Positions 51,591-64,000 of a DNA stretch of 64,000 nucleotides are shown piece by piece (the stretch's first letter is position 1; every line of letters begins with the position of its first letter). The translations under genes and the position numbers were made by a program. The stretch spans positions 10,230,001 to 10,294,000 of the forward strand of contig OX597835.1 of NCBI GenBank assembly GCA_951406725.2, given 5' to 3'. Origin of the DNA: Octopus vulgaris. Its lineage: Eukaryota. The notes below the pieces were generated by a model. The model searched no databases. It was not told the DNA's origin and saw nothing but the letters and a program-made list of their open reading frames with translations.

Positions 51591-53849
51591 TATACGTAAA
51601 ACAATGCGTACATATACATTTGTAGCCCTCTCTCTCTCTCTCTCTTTCTGAAATAAAATTTATATTTATCAGTTTTACCATTTAAACCCTCCTATTTCAT
51701 TGGTTCCTGCTTTCAATATAATATGGAATAGTGGAGGCGCAATGGCCCAGTGGTTAGGGCAGCGGACTCGCGGTCATAGGATCGCGGTTTCGATTCCCAG
51801 ACCGGGCGTTGTGAGTGTTTATTGAGCAAAAACACCTAAAAGCTCCACGAGGCTCCAGCAGGGGATGGTGGTGATCCCTGCTGTACTCTTCAACGCAACT
51901 TTCTCTCACTCTAACTTCCTGTTTCTGTTGTACCTGTATTTCAAGGGGCCGGCCTTGTCACTCTCTGTGTCACGCTGAATATCTCCGAGAACTACGTTAA
52001 GGGTGCACGTGTCTGTGCTCAGCCACTTACACGTTAATTTCACGAGCAGGCTGTTCCGTTGATTCGGATCAACTGGAACCCTCGTCGTCGTAACCGACGG
52101 AGTGCTTCCTATAATATGGAATTCTTTTCACTCAGTGCATGTTTAACGAAGATTTACATCAATTTAGAATATACCATACCGTAAGGTACACGGAAATTGG
52201 CATTCTTTATCCAAAGCTTCTGTCTTAATGTAGACTACACACCACTACCACCTCCACCCTGCTCAATCTTATACTTCTGGAACTTTACATGATGAGCCCT
52301 TTCTTCCCGCTACAACAATGCACCCCCCACACACACCTGGTGATAAAATCTCTGTATCAATTGTCTCGGACAAATAAAGCCTGGGCAGCCCTCCAGCCTT
52401 GCCAGCTCCTGTCCAACTCATGCCAGCATGGAAAACAGAAGCTAGACGACGATGATGAGGACATAAGATCCAAATGTCTGGAACTTACATCCAATGTTGG
52501 TTTCTACAGCAGCAAGCTGATAAATGATAAATCTGCCCCAGAACCATAGATGCTTTCCTTATACACAGAATTTGAACTCAACACAGCCAGCTAATGAACT
52601 GTGATACAACCAGTTAAATGGACTTGAATACATGCAATATTGGTCATAAGTTATGAATCATTACCCCGCCAGTCATCTCAACATACACATATAAAGACCA
52701 AAAAAGGTCATCAGTATTTGATTTTCTCTTGGAGCTAATAGTTTACTTTTTCCATCCTTCCCCACGATGCATCTATTTGACCAGACAAGTGTGTAGTTGA
52801 GATGGGTTTTGAAAACTTCCCTGTTTCCATCTTTAACCCTTTAGTTTTCAGATTGCTCCGTTAAATGTAATACTTTTTCACTGAAAGGTGCAACCATCTG
52901 GTTCGCCAACCCTCAGTCAAAATCGTCCAACCCATGCTAGCATGGAAAGCGGATGTTAAACGATGATGATGATGATGATAGTCATGCATTATCTTATAGC
53001 TTTGAGGTTTCAATGATGTGATTGTTTATTTTTAGAATGACATTGTTGGTTAGGTACGAGAGGCCTGATCTGGTCAGTTTCAATATAAAACATGTAGAAT
53101 ATCTGGGCCGGATATGGCCAGTTTAAACACTAAAGGGTTAAACTTAGATTCACTTCCCTGCCCATCAGTCTAACTTAAGCTGTTACCACAATATTGCTGG
53201 AGCAATAATGATTTTAGCCAAAATGAAGCATATATTTTTCGCATATAGCAAAAAAAAAAATAATGTACCAAATTTTCCATTCTTTGTTTACACAACATAA
53301 ACAAAAAAAAAACTAAGACAAAACTACCCAAAGAGAATGTTTCTACCGGTATATACATTAACTGTTGTTTTATAGACTTTTGTTGATTTTTGAAACAAAT
53401 TCTAAAATCCAAGAAGAGAGGGAAAGAGAGAGCAAGAATGTGTGTGAGTGTGTAATTAAACCAAATTCAATTTGGGGAATAAATTTGGCAGGGTGCGTGT
53501 GTTTCTGTATTGTTGGGTAGCAGAAGGTAAGTAGCTTTTGAGATCAAACAATCAAAACACAAATATACAACAGCTGATACTAAATACAAGGTTAATTAGG
53601 GCCTATCGTTAAGTCTAGGAAGGACGGTGATGGTGAGGGTGATAATATTGAAAATAATGAAAATGAAATAATGATTTCTTTATAACAATAATAAATAATA
53701 ATAAATAAGAGTAATGAAAATAAAATAATAATAATAATAATAATGATGATGATAACAATAACAACAGTTCATCATTGAATGAGTGAAGAAATAAATGAAA
53801 GTTGGAGATTACAAGATGGAGAAAGACAGAAGAGAAGGAAAATGTGGAA

Positions 53850-54840
53850 GGGAAGAAGGGTGAAGGAAATTGGAAGGAAAAAAGGTGAGTCAGAAGGAAT
53901 GGTGGAAGGAAAAAAAAAGGAATTGGAAGGAAAAAGGGTGAAGGAATTGGAAGGAAAAAAGGGTGAAGGAATTGGCAGCGAAAAAAGGGTGAAGGAATTG
54001 GAAGGAAAAAAGGGTGAAGGAATTGGAAGGAAAAAAGGGTGAAGGAATTGGAAGGAAAAAGGGTGAAGGAATTGGAAGGAAAAAGGGTGAAGGAATTGGA
54101 AGGAAAAAAGGATGAAGGAATTGGAAGAAAAAAAGGGTGAAGGAATTGGAAGGAAAAAGGGTGAAGGAATTGGAAGGAAAAAGGGTGAAGGAATTGGAAG
54201 GAAAAAAGGATGAAGGAATTGGAAGGAAAAAAGGGTGAAGGAATTGGAAAGAAAAAAGGGTGAAGGAATTGGAGGGTTATATATTTGGAAGGAAGAAAGG
54301 GGAAAAGAAATGAAAGGGGAAGCAGCTGAGAAGAAAGAGAAGGAATTGAAAGATTGAAGGGTGAAAGAAATGGAAGAAAGAAAGGCAGGAGGAGGAGGAT
54401 CTGGAAAGAAAAAAGGGTGAAGGAATTGGAAGGAAAAAAGGGTGAAGGAATTGAAGGGTTAAGGAGTTGGAAGGAAGAAGGGTGAAGGAACTGGAAGGGG
54501 AAAAGGGCAAAGAAATTGAAGGGTTAAGGAGTTGGAAGGAAGAAGGGTGAAGGAACTGGAAAGGGAAAAGGGCAAAGAAATTGAAGGGTTAAGGTGTTGG
54601 AAGGCAGAAAGGGCAAAAGAATTGAAGTGGGAAGCAGCTGAGAGGATGAAAGGCGAAGGAATTGAAAGGGAGGAGGGCAAAAGAATTAGGAGAGAGAGAA
54701 GGAATTGGAAGGGAGAAGAGTGAAGAAGAGTGAAGGAATTGGATGGAAGAAGAGGAATGATGGAATTGGAAGGCAGAAGAGGAATGATGGAATTGGAAGG
54801 AAGAAGGGTGAAAAATGAATGAAATGAGGAAGGAAGAAGA
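53850..54840. repeat. Polypurine minisatellite (gaaggaattggaaggaaaaaagggt-like unit)
   Basis: Directly visible. Confidence 0.93.
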
Positions 54841-54892
54841 CTGATCAATATTTGGTAGAAGAATTAGAAAAGTAGAACAGAAGCATACTCAC

Positions 54893-54991
54893 ACTGTGAA
54901 ACCTGGAATTCCCAAAGACATGATGACACATGTGCAAAATTGAAAGAAGAATACAAAGAAAAATATGAAGAAATTGAATGAGCTGTCACTC
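54893..54991 (-). CDS. SCAMP: SCAMP exon, 99 nt
   Basis: SDSSFNFFIFFFVFFFQFCTCVIMSLGIPGFT, with ttccag and gtgagt splice sites. Confidence 0.95.
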
Positions 54992-55376
54992 CTGGAAAAG
55001 AAAAGAAGAAGAAAAAAACTTTAGTACAAGGAAAAGACTGGAGTTTGGAATATAGGCAGAAGGTGGTAAATTTTAGGGGGCATGGGTTTGATGGTTACAT
55101 CAATCCCACAATACTTAGAGAGGGATCAACCTTTGAAGGATGAAGGACAAAGATGACCACCAACAGGGACTTGATCTTAGGTCAGCAGAAATATCGTAAC
55201 GCATTAATTTCCAATGTTCTAATAATCGTTTAGATACAAGGCCAGTAAATTTGAGGGGAGGGGGTTAGTCAATATCAACAACCCCAGTATTTGACTGGTA
55301 TTTTATTCTATCGACACTGAAGGGATGAAATAAAGTTGACCTCAACAGGATTTGAACTGAAAATGTAAAGAGCCAT

Positions 55377-55830
55377 AGGTGTAGGAGTGGCTGTGTGGTA
55401 AGTAGCTTGCTAACCAACCACATGGTTCCGGGTTCAGTCCCACTGCGTGGCACCTTGGGCAAGTGTCTTCTACTATAGCCTCGGGCCAACCAAAGCCTTG
55501 TGAGTGGATTTGGTAGACGGAAACTGAAAGAAGCTCATCAATATATATCGTTTAACGTCCGTTTTCCGCGCTAGCATGCCCGATATAGGGCTGCTCCAGG
55601 CTATATCTATATATGTATGTGTGTGTGTTTGTGTGTCTGTGTTTGTCCCCCTAGCATTGCTTGACAACCGATGCTGGTGTGTTTATGTCCCCGTTACTTA
55701 GTGGTTCGGCAAAAGAGACCGATAGAATAAGTACTGGGCTTACAAAAGAATAAGCCCCGGGGTGGAGTTGCTCGATTAAAGGCGATGCTCCAGCATGGCC
55801 GCAGTCAAATGACTGAAACAAGTGAAAGAG
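55377..55830 (+). mobile_element. Cephalopod SINE
   Basis: Identity to the other copies. Confidence 0.8.
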
Positions 55831-55878
55831 CAAAAACAAATGCCACAAGGCATTTTGTCCGACATTCTAATAAACTGA

Positions 55879-56130
55879 AAATGCTTGAGGGCAAAAATGT
55901 TGTTATATTTGATTACTTGAAAAATGCAAAACTTTTGCTGAGATCAATCAAGGGCATTTACTCCCGCAAGCCCCCCCCAAACTCCAAAAATGGGGGATTT
56001 TTGTAAATTTTTTTTACAATAGTGGAGTTTGTAGGGTTTAAGGGAGTAAATGCCCTTGACTGATCTAAGCGAAAATTTCAGGATTTTTGCTAGTAATCAA
56101 ATATAGCAAGATTTTTAGGCCTTAGGCATT
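55879..56130. mobile_element. Fold-back MITE with about 95-bp imperfect inverted arms
   Basis: tcaagggcatttactccc / gggagtaaatgcccttga. Confidence 0.7.
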
Positions 56131-56795
56131 TACAATTTCCACAATTTTTTTTATTTTCACTCTTTAAGGAGCACTCCATCGGTTACGACGATGAGGGTCC
56201 CAGCTGATACGATCAACGGAACAGCTTGCTCGTGGAATTAAAGTGCAAGTGGCTGAGCACTCCACTGACACGTGTACCCTTAACGTAGTTCTCGAGGAGA
56301 TTCAGCGTGACACAGAGTGTGACAAGGCTGGCCCTTTGAAATACAGGTACAACAGAAACAGGAAGAAAGAGTGGGAGAAAGTTGTGGTGAAAGAGTACAG
56401 CAGGGTTCACCACCACGGAGCCTCGTGAAGTTTTAGGTGTTTTCGCTCAATAAACACTCACAATGCCCGGTCTGGGAATCGAAACCGCGATCCTACGACC
56501 GTGAGTCCGCTGCCCTAACCACTGGGCCATTGCGCCTCCACTATTTTCACTCTACCCTAATTCAATAGAAATACAATGCCTCCCAACCAGACACCTCCCA
56601 GAAATCATCCCAAATGGTTTGCCATTTCTGGAGTCTGCCTCCTCCCTGTCATGACAAATAACAAGAGATAAGCAACATCATATTTTTATTTCCCTTTAAT
56701 CATAATTAAAACGTATTTGAAATCATAATTAAAGCATATGCACACACACACACACACACGCACACACAAATATAGGCAGGTACGTATTTACTCAC

Positions 56796-56955
56796 CTGAA
56801 AGCTTTATAGAGGGGTCGGTACCAACAAACAAATGAACATGGAGTGAATAATAAGAACCAGAGTATAGAAAATCCGAATGTATTGGCTCCATCACTTCTG
56901 GCAACCAGATTAGCAAGACTTCCAAGGAAATTTAAGAATAATACAAAAACATACA
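56796..56955 (-). CDS. SCAMP: SCAMP exon, 160 nt (TM1-TM2 and E-peptide)
   Basis: [64 protein letters not shown] is the SCAMP E-peptide. Confidence 0.97.
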
Positions 56956-58509
56956 CTGCAAAAAAAAAAAAGAAAAGATTAATTATAAGATTAATAAAAA
57001 ATTAAAATTTTTCCTTTTTTTTTTTTTCAAAAAAAATTATCTAAATCTTTTGTTTTTAATAATAATGAAATTTGTGGAGAGGGGGTAAGTCGATCACATC
57101 GACCCCAGTATTTGACTGGTACTTATTTCATCAACCCTGAAAGGATGAAAGGCAAAGTTGACCACAGCAGAATTTGAACTCAGAACATTGAGACGGACGA
57201 AATGCCACTAAGCCTTTTTGTCTGGAGTCCTAACAATTATGCCAGCTCACTGACTTAATAATAACAGTCAAGATTAATAATAAACATCAAGAGAGACAAA
57301 ACCAGAAACCAGAATGGAAAAAGGCAGTTTGATTATATGAAGCAAATCCATTAATATTTGAACAGTAATTATTTAGTAGTGGCAACATGTGGTGTGTGGT
57401 CAGTACAAACCAACCCGCAACCCCACCCCACTCAACATCCTGGCCTTGGACCAAGGTCAGAAGTCAACACGAGACAACTACAATTTGAATAATTAATTTA
57501 ATATTTGTTGTCTTTCATAATATTTCTAAATTTTGGTAAAATATTAATAAAAAAAAATTCTTTTATTGCATTTTGATTTACAATGAAGAAAATATGTGCT
57601 GCTGGTTGGGTTATTTACCAAAAAGTAAGGATCAGAAGTCCAGGAATTTAAACTATTTAGCTCCAGACTGGCCTTCACACCCCTGGCAGCATCATTACGG
57701 AACCTGACTGCACTATTTAGCAATAGCTTCACCTCTTCCTCACTCGTAGTATATTCATAATTGGCCACCTGCTCCATATCAATATCACATGATCAACCAA
57801 ACTGTCAGACATTGGTACACATCACTGGTCACAATGCACTTAGCTTTTGAATGATGCCACCTTGCTGGCTAGGTGAACAGACCAACATTCCCTCTGATCA
57901 GATGGCTATTCTATTGCAGGGTTACCCATTTACAGCTCAGTGGAGAGCAGCAATGGGAAGTGAAGTTTTTTTTTTACTCAAGGGCACACTGCATCAGCCA
58001 GTCAGGGAATCAAACCCATGGTTTATCAACTGTGAGTGCAACACCCTAACCACTAAGCCTTAACCTATATCAATACACAGCTCCCATATATTACAAATTG
58101 ATAAAAACTGTATCACTATAACCAAATGGAGGACACTTTTGTAAAACGTTATATGATAAACATGTTATTTTCAATAGACTGATCAATATAACTCAATTAA
58201 CAAATCCATAATTGCATTTATGAGGCTGTGGATGTATGTCAGCTGTATTCATCATACTACTTGGCACTATGTCTGATGGTAAGACTAATAAATTAGTAAA
58301 TGGATTCAATGACAGCTAGCACTTGGTTTCTGACAGTTCTGCCCCAAATCTTTAGAATTGGAGTGGTGGTAATTGTATAACTCAAAACTTCAAGATCAAA
58401 TCATTAGCATTGCTGGTACAATATAATATTTCTAAATTTTCTTTAGCGAAAGACTAACAGCAACAACAATAACAACAGTAATATAACAACAATAATAATA
58501 ATAATAATA

Positions 58510-59005
58510 TGTCTTGGTATAAAAGATGGGCTACAGCAAATATTCTGCTCAATACCACAGATTTACTTGTCAGTTGTTTGACCTTAACCAGTTGAGCATG
58601 TCCCTTAGTGGCTGGCGATATGTGCATCCCTGATCACGAGCAGAAGTAGTGGGGGAGCATCATATCCATGTGTTGAGAGGGATTCTTTGGGGTTTGAATA
58701 ATTCACCTCTGGAAACATGGGTGGTTCTTTCAACATCCTTAAACAACCCTTATTCAGGGACCTTTTGAGCGGGATGGGCTACTCAACCAGAAGAAAATTC
58801 TAACTGGGCCCCACCTGCAAGGTCATGTGCTGTTTATCTTGATATGAGATCACCATGTCGCGCGCATATGGTTGTGATGCATGTGCCTGGTGTACCCTTA
58901 TCAGACGGGTAGTCATGATGGGTATATTGGGCTTCGTATATTTTACCCCAGTGTCACTTTGATAGCATGCACTGCTCTCTCACTCAATAATAATAATAAT
59001 AATAA
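58510..59005 (+). mobile_element. Probable non-LTR retrotransposon 3' UTR inserted in (TAA)n
   Basis: Flanked on both sides by (AAT)n and more GC-rich than its surroundings. Family not determined. Confidence 0.45.
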
Positions 59006-59125
59006 CAGTTTCAAAATGTAACACAAAGTCAGCAAGTTCGGGTGGTTCCCTTGTGTACATACATGCACGCAAACATCAAAACGAAACTTAAAAAACAGAA
59101 AAGAAAAAAAAAAATGGAAACTCAC

Positions 59126-59254
59126 ACATCCATAGGTAGTAAGCAAATTTTACAGTTTTCTGAAATTCAAGAGGAATATCAACGCTGAAATCTTGGTAGA
59201 AGCAAGGTCCAACAGGGAACCATTTCGGCAGTGGTGGCCAGTTGTTCTGTTTGC
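59126..59254 (-). CDS. SCAMP: SCAMP exon, 129 nt
   Basis: [42 protein letters not shown], with tttacag and gtgagt splice sites. Confidence 0.97.
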
Positions 59255-59446
59255 CTGTAAATAGCAAAGAAGGAAACATCAATAGATTCTACGATGAAAA
59301 GTTGCTAAACGTAACATATTTGTCACATGTTGAGGACTCATGAAGGTCGGTCATTCTCATTTTAACCCCTTCGTTACTGTATTTATTTCGAGAAGTACTG
59401 TTTTTCTCTCGATTATTTTAAATATAACAAAGAATTTAGTAAAATA

Positions 59447-59850
59447 TTCAATCTCATTCTGAGATTTAATAATGCTTACTGTCAGTTTTTCGAAATCAGT
59501 GGCAGACGTCACTAGAAAAACTCTTATATATTTGCAAGGCGGCCTTCTCTTTCATCGCGACCTGGTGGTTACCGCCCGTTGACAAGGGACAAAAATCCCG
59601 AAACTAGTCCGAGCGTATCACTCAGGCTTGCGAGGAAGGGATGGCCTCCCTTTGCAAATACTTCAAGGGCACTGAAATGGTGTCTTAAAGCCAGCTGGAG
59701 ACGTCGATCTCCTGGGGCTATAAAGCTACAGTAACACCCCCTCCCCTATGTGGTTAGCCATGTTAAGATGGCTTCTATACTTTACATTATCGAGCGATTA
59801 CTGTTTCAATCTCATTCTGAGATGTAATAATGCTCATTCTGAGATTTAAT
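59447..59850 (+). mobile_element. Penelope-like element (related to the 5655 and 17057 elements) with decayed hammerhead at 59573-59616, nested in a piggyBac-like MITE
   Basis: cgcccg-TTGACAA-ggga..tccc-GAAA-ctag-TC-cgagcg. Shares ccagctggagacg...ctcctggggcta with the related elements. Confidence 0.55.
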
Positions 59851-62156
59851 AAAACTTAGTTATCATTAAGCAAGTGTTAGGAATATAAATTGTGACTAAA
59901 ATTTGGTGGAAGATTTTAACTTATGAAAACAAGACATTTGTTCTACAGAGCCAGAGTTTCAGCCAGGTTGATAACAGAAGGGTTAAGAATTGTTTCTCTA
60001 TTATATATTTTAACCCTTTTGTTACCATATTGCTGTTGAGATGCTCTGTGTTTCTTTCAATTGATTTTAAATATAACAAAGAATTTAGTAAAATAACTTA
60101 GTTATCATTCAGCTAGTGTCAGGAATATAAATTGTGACTAAGGTTTGGTGGTATATCCAGTTTCAGCCGGGTTGGTAACGGAAGGGTTAATGACAACAAC
60201 CAGAAATAGCAGATGACCACCACCATCTTTATTTGCTATTTGCTTTCCAGGCTGGCATGGGTTAGATACAATGAATATGAAAAAATTTAAATGACTCAAT
60301 TGGGGATTGAACCTGTACTGCAGCAGCAGACTTGGGTCACAGGAAAGTAGCATTACTCTATGGTATTTACACAATATTGTTATCGTAGGTGTGGCATATA
60401 GATTTACTCATTATTTAAACCCTTTAGCATTCAAACTGGTCGTATCTGGCCTAAATATTCTGCCTGTTTTGCATTCAAAGCAGCCAGATCAAGCCTCTCA
60501 CACCTACCCTACAATGTCACCCTAAAATTAATCAATCTACATCATGAAAATTTCAAAGTTACATGATAATGCATGATTAAGTGAAAACAATGTGAATGAA
60601 AAAGCTTTACTTTTGACAGAATCTGAATGCTAACGAGTCAAAGATAATTTACTCATTAATCAAACATAAATTGGAATTTTCTTATTTGCAAAAATACTTT
60701 GAAATGTATGACATATCCTAACGATCTTTTTGTTTTAATGTTTGCCTCAACCAAAACGTGGACAAATTGTAGCACTGGAAATGGGTGGAAAAAGAATTAA
60801 GGGCCAGGGTGAAAGCAAACAGCAGCTATTTTGGATTGTAAATATGTGTAAATTACCATCATCATCATCCGTTTCTTTATTACCCACAAGGGGCTAAACA
60901 TAGAGGGGACAAACAAGGACAGACAAACGGTTTAAGTCGATTACATCGACCTCAGTGCATAACTGGTACTTAATTTATCCACCCCGAAAGGATGAAAGGG
61001 CAAAGTGGACCTGGGCGGAATTTGAACTCAGAACGTAACGGCAGACGAAATACGGCTACACATTTCGCCCGGCGTGTTAACGATTCTGCCAGCTCGCCAT
61101 CATCATCATCATCATTTAACATCCGCTTTCCATGCTGGCATGGGTTGGATGGTTATACCGAGAACTGGCAAGCTAGGAGGCTGTACCAGGCTCCAGTCTG
61201 ATCTGGCAACGTTTCGACAGCTGTACGCCCTTCCTAAAGCCAACCACTCTGAGAATATAGTGGGTGCTTTTTACGTGCCACTGGCATGGGAGCCAGTCAG
61301 GTGGCACTGGCAACGACCATGCTCAAATGATGCCTTTTTTACATGGCATGGGCACGTAAAAAGCCCATAAATATAAAAAAAAAAAGAACCTGTAAACTTT
61401 CATTAGCCAAAGCCTAAAACATTTTATTTAACGATAAAATGAATAATGGATATGGCATACCCAGAAGATTAACTAAAAGAGCAATCTTTAATCTCTATTT
61501 ATAATCTCTAATATAAAAACAGTTTAGGGACATAGAGGTTAAGTGGCTTAAATGCTCTCATGGAGACAGCAGAACAAGCCTGCAGAGCAGGTTTTATCTC
61601 TCAGTAGACCACATGTGGTTAGTTTATTCCTTCTCGAGCCATCTCTGGCTCATATGGGCCGGTTTCCCAGTTTCCTTGGCGTATAAGTTCCCCACCTGGA
61701 CGGGACGCCGGTCCATCGCAGGTGAGCTGCAAGATGCAGGAGGAAAGAGTGAGAGAAAGTTGTGGCGAAAGAGTCAGAAGACGTTCGCCAATACCTTCTG
61801 CCAGAGCCACGTGGAGCTTAGGTGTTTCGCTCATAAACACACACATCGCCTAGTCTGAGATTCGAACCTGCATCCGTCGACCGCGAGTCCACTGCTCTAA
61901 CCACTAGGCCATGTGCCTCCACACATATGGTGTAAGGAGTTGAACTTAGTACAGAGAGATAACAAAACAATCACTGGGTATAGAATAACAGACTTGCTTA
62001 CAAAGAGATGATGTACCTATACATGGTCACAGACAGCATAGCACATGGTAAGAAGATGTGTCATTGCTCGTCTTCTTAACCATCAGAAACGGTTACAGCA
62101 ATGTGAGGAATGTAGAACGAAAACAAAAGAAAACAAACATTACAAACAAATTCTAC

Positions 62157-62223
62157 CTTGGAACTGCATGTTGCGCATCTCTTGCTCTTTCCGTTGCAAT
62201 TCTGCTGCTTTTCTTTCCAGTTC
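62157..62223 (-). CDS. SCAMP: SCAMP exon, 67 nt (coiled-coil); the upstream NPF-repeat exons lie beyond the window
   Basis: ELERKAAELQRKEQEMRNMQFQ, with ttaacag and gtagaa splice sites. Phase joins the 129-nt exon. Confidence 0.92.
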
Positions 62224-64000
62224 CTGTTAAAAATAAGAGAGAACTGTGAATGAGTGAGTCTTAAAAAACAATGTCTGAAAAAAAAAGACATCCTGACATT
62301 AGTGACATTAGAAGTGAGAAGATTAGAGAAGAGGAATCTGAGAGACAAAGACAAATCTAATTTATGGCGGTGAAGGGGTTTACCCAGCTTGCCTTTATTA
62401 CAGTTGGTAAGGAGCTGCATTATTTACTGCCAAAATGATTCCCTCGTTTCTTAATTAGGTAACACCTGATTTTCCCACGTAAAACATCACTAAACCACAA
62501 TATACTTGTCTGAAGGTAATTCAAATAACAATGAAAAAAAAACACAAACAGACTGTTGCAGTAAGCAGTGTCAAAAATGGTGAGGTTACTACGCCTCATC
62601 TCAACTTACATTCTGTGAGGCGGTGGAGGGGTTAACACTAATGAATCATCGTCATCATCATTTAATGTCCACTAGCACTATGACCCTGCGTTACCGGGTC
62701 ATAATGCTAGTGCATGCATATACAGCTGCGTACGTGCACACATACATGCGAGTACTGTCCAAATCTTCAACCAATTACTTACAGCTAGCTGGCATTCAAT
62801 TGGCGTATCAAGTTTCGGGCATTTCGATTGGGTTTTGGATAGAAAATTCACAAAAAAGTCACTTCTATTGATTTTTTAATGGCTTTGAGGGATGACTGGG
62901 GAAATGTAAAGATGTGCATGACCACACTTGGACGGTTTTGAATGACCATAGAAAGTGCGAGCCCTCTAACTGAAAAATTGTGGATTTGTAAAAAGGACAT
63001 GCATAAACAGACATTTTGCCGTTTATACATATAGAGACTTTTGCACAGGTCAGATGGGATCTGTAGAAATGGATGTTCTAGGGCCGGATGCCCTTCCTGG
63101 TCACCAAACCTCACCTGTTTCCAGGTAAGGTAATATTTTCCCATGGCCAGACATGAATGCAGAGAATAAACAGATTGAGATTGTATTAAGAAGAGAAGAA
63201 ATAGGATTAGAGAGGTAAAATCATCATCATCAATATATATATATATATATATATATTAATATTTAGCAGAAGTAATAGAGTGACTCAAGGTCTGAAAGTT
63301 TCGTGGGTTGGCACTTATCAAATTAGTTTGATAGATGCCAATACATGGAGTCATTCGGTTGCTTCTGCTATATATTAACAAAAATATACATATACTCGCA
63401 TTTCAAGTTATTTTTCCTGTTTGCACCAATATACTTATATATTTTCTGTCATTTGACTGTGGCCATGCTGGAGCACCACCTTTAATCAAACAAATCGACT
63501 CCAGGACTTATTCTTCATAAGCCTAGTACTTATTCTATTGGTCTTTTGCCAGACCACTAAGTTATGGGGATGTAACAGGAGTGGCTGTGTGGTAAGTAGC
63601 TTGCTTACCAACCACATGGTTCTGGGTTCATTCCCACTGCGTGGCACCTAGGGCAAGTGTCTTCTACAATAGCCTCGGGCCGACCAAAGCCTTGTGAGTG
63701 GATTTGGTAGATGGAAACTGAAAGAAGCCCGTCGTGTATATATATATATATGTGTGTGTATGCTTGTGTATCTGTGTTTGTCCCCCAACATCGCTTGACA
63801 ACCGATAGTGATGTGATTACATCCCCGTAACTTAGCAGTTCGGCAAAAAGAGACCGTGAAAGGTTGTGCATGCCTGAGGTGTCAGGTAATGCTGAGTAAG
63901 TGCTATGGACAGACCATAGATAAGCTCCAGGTTCGGTGATTATGCGAATAAGGAGTCCAACGTCTATATATAGACGGAGTGGTTGGCGTTAGGAAGGGCA

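Overview
AT-rich, repeat-dense eukaryotic DNA, most likely an octopus genome (inferred from cephalopod-type SINEs and an HCDICGKS-type C2H2 zinc-finger remnant). Three host genes are supported. (1) The first coding exon of a FAHD2A-like gene lies on the minus strand at about 7.6-8.0 kb. (2) An intronless 328-aa ORF at 11531-12517 looks like a death-fold (CARD-like) domain fused to a catalytically dead caspase domain. (3) The 3' part of a SCAMP gene lies on the minus strand (62223 down to 31611) and has two tandem, phase-identical 118-nt exons that look mutually exclusive. The rest is SINEs, CR1/RTE fragments, mariner, Helitron, hAT and piggyBac-like remnants, tandem arrays and microsatellites. 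There are also several unrelated Penelope-like palindromic elements carrying type I hammerhead ribozyme motifs. All calls come from reading the sequence by eye, with no database searches.
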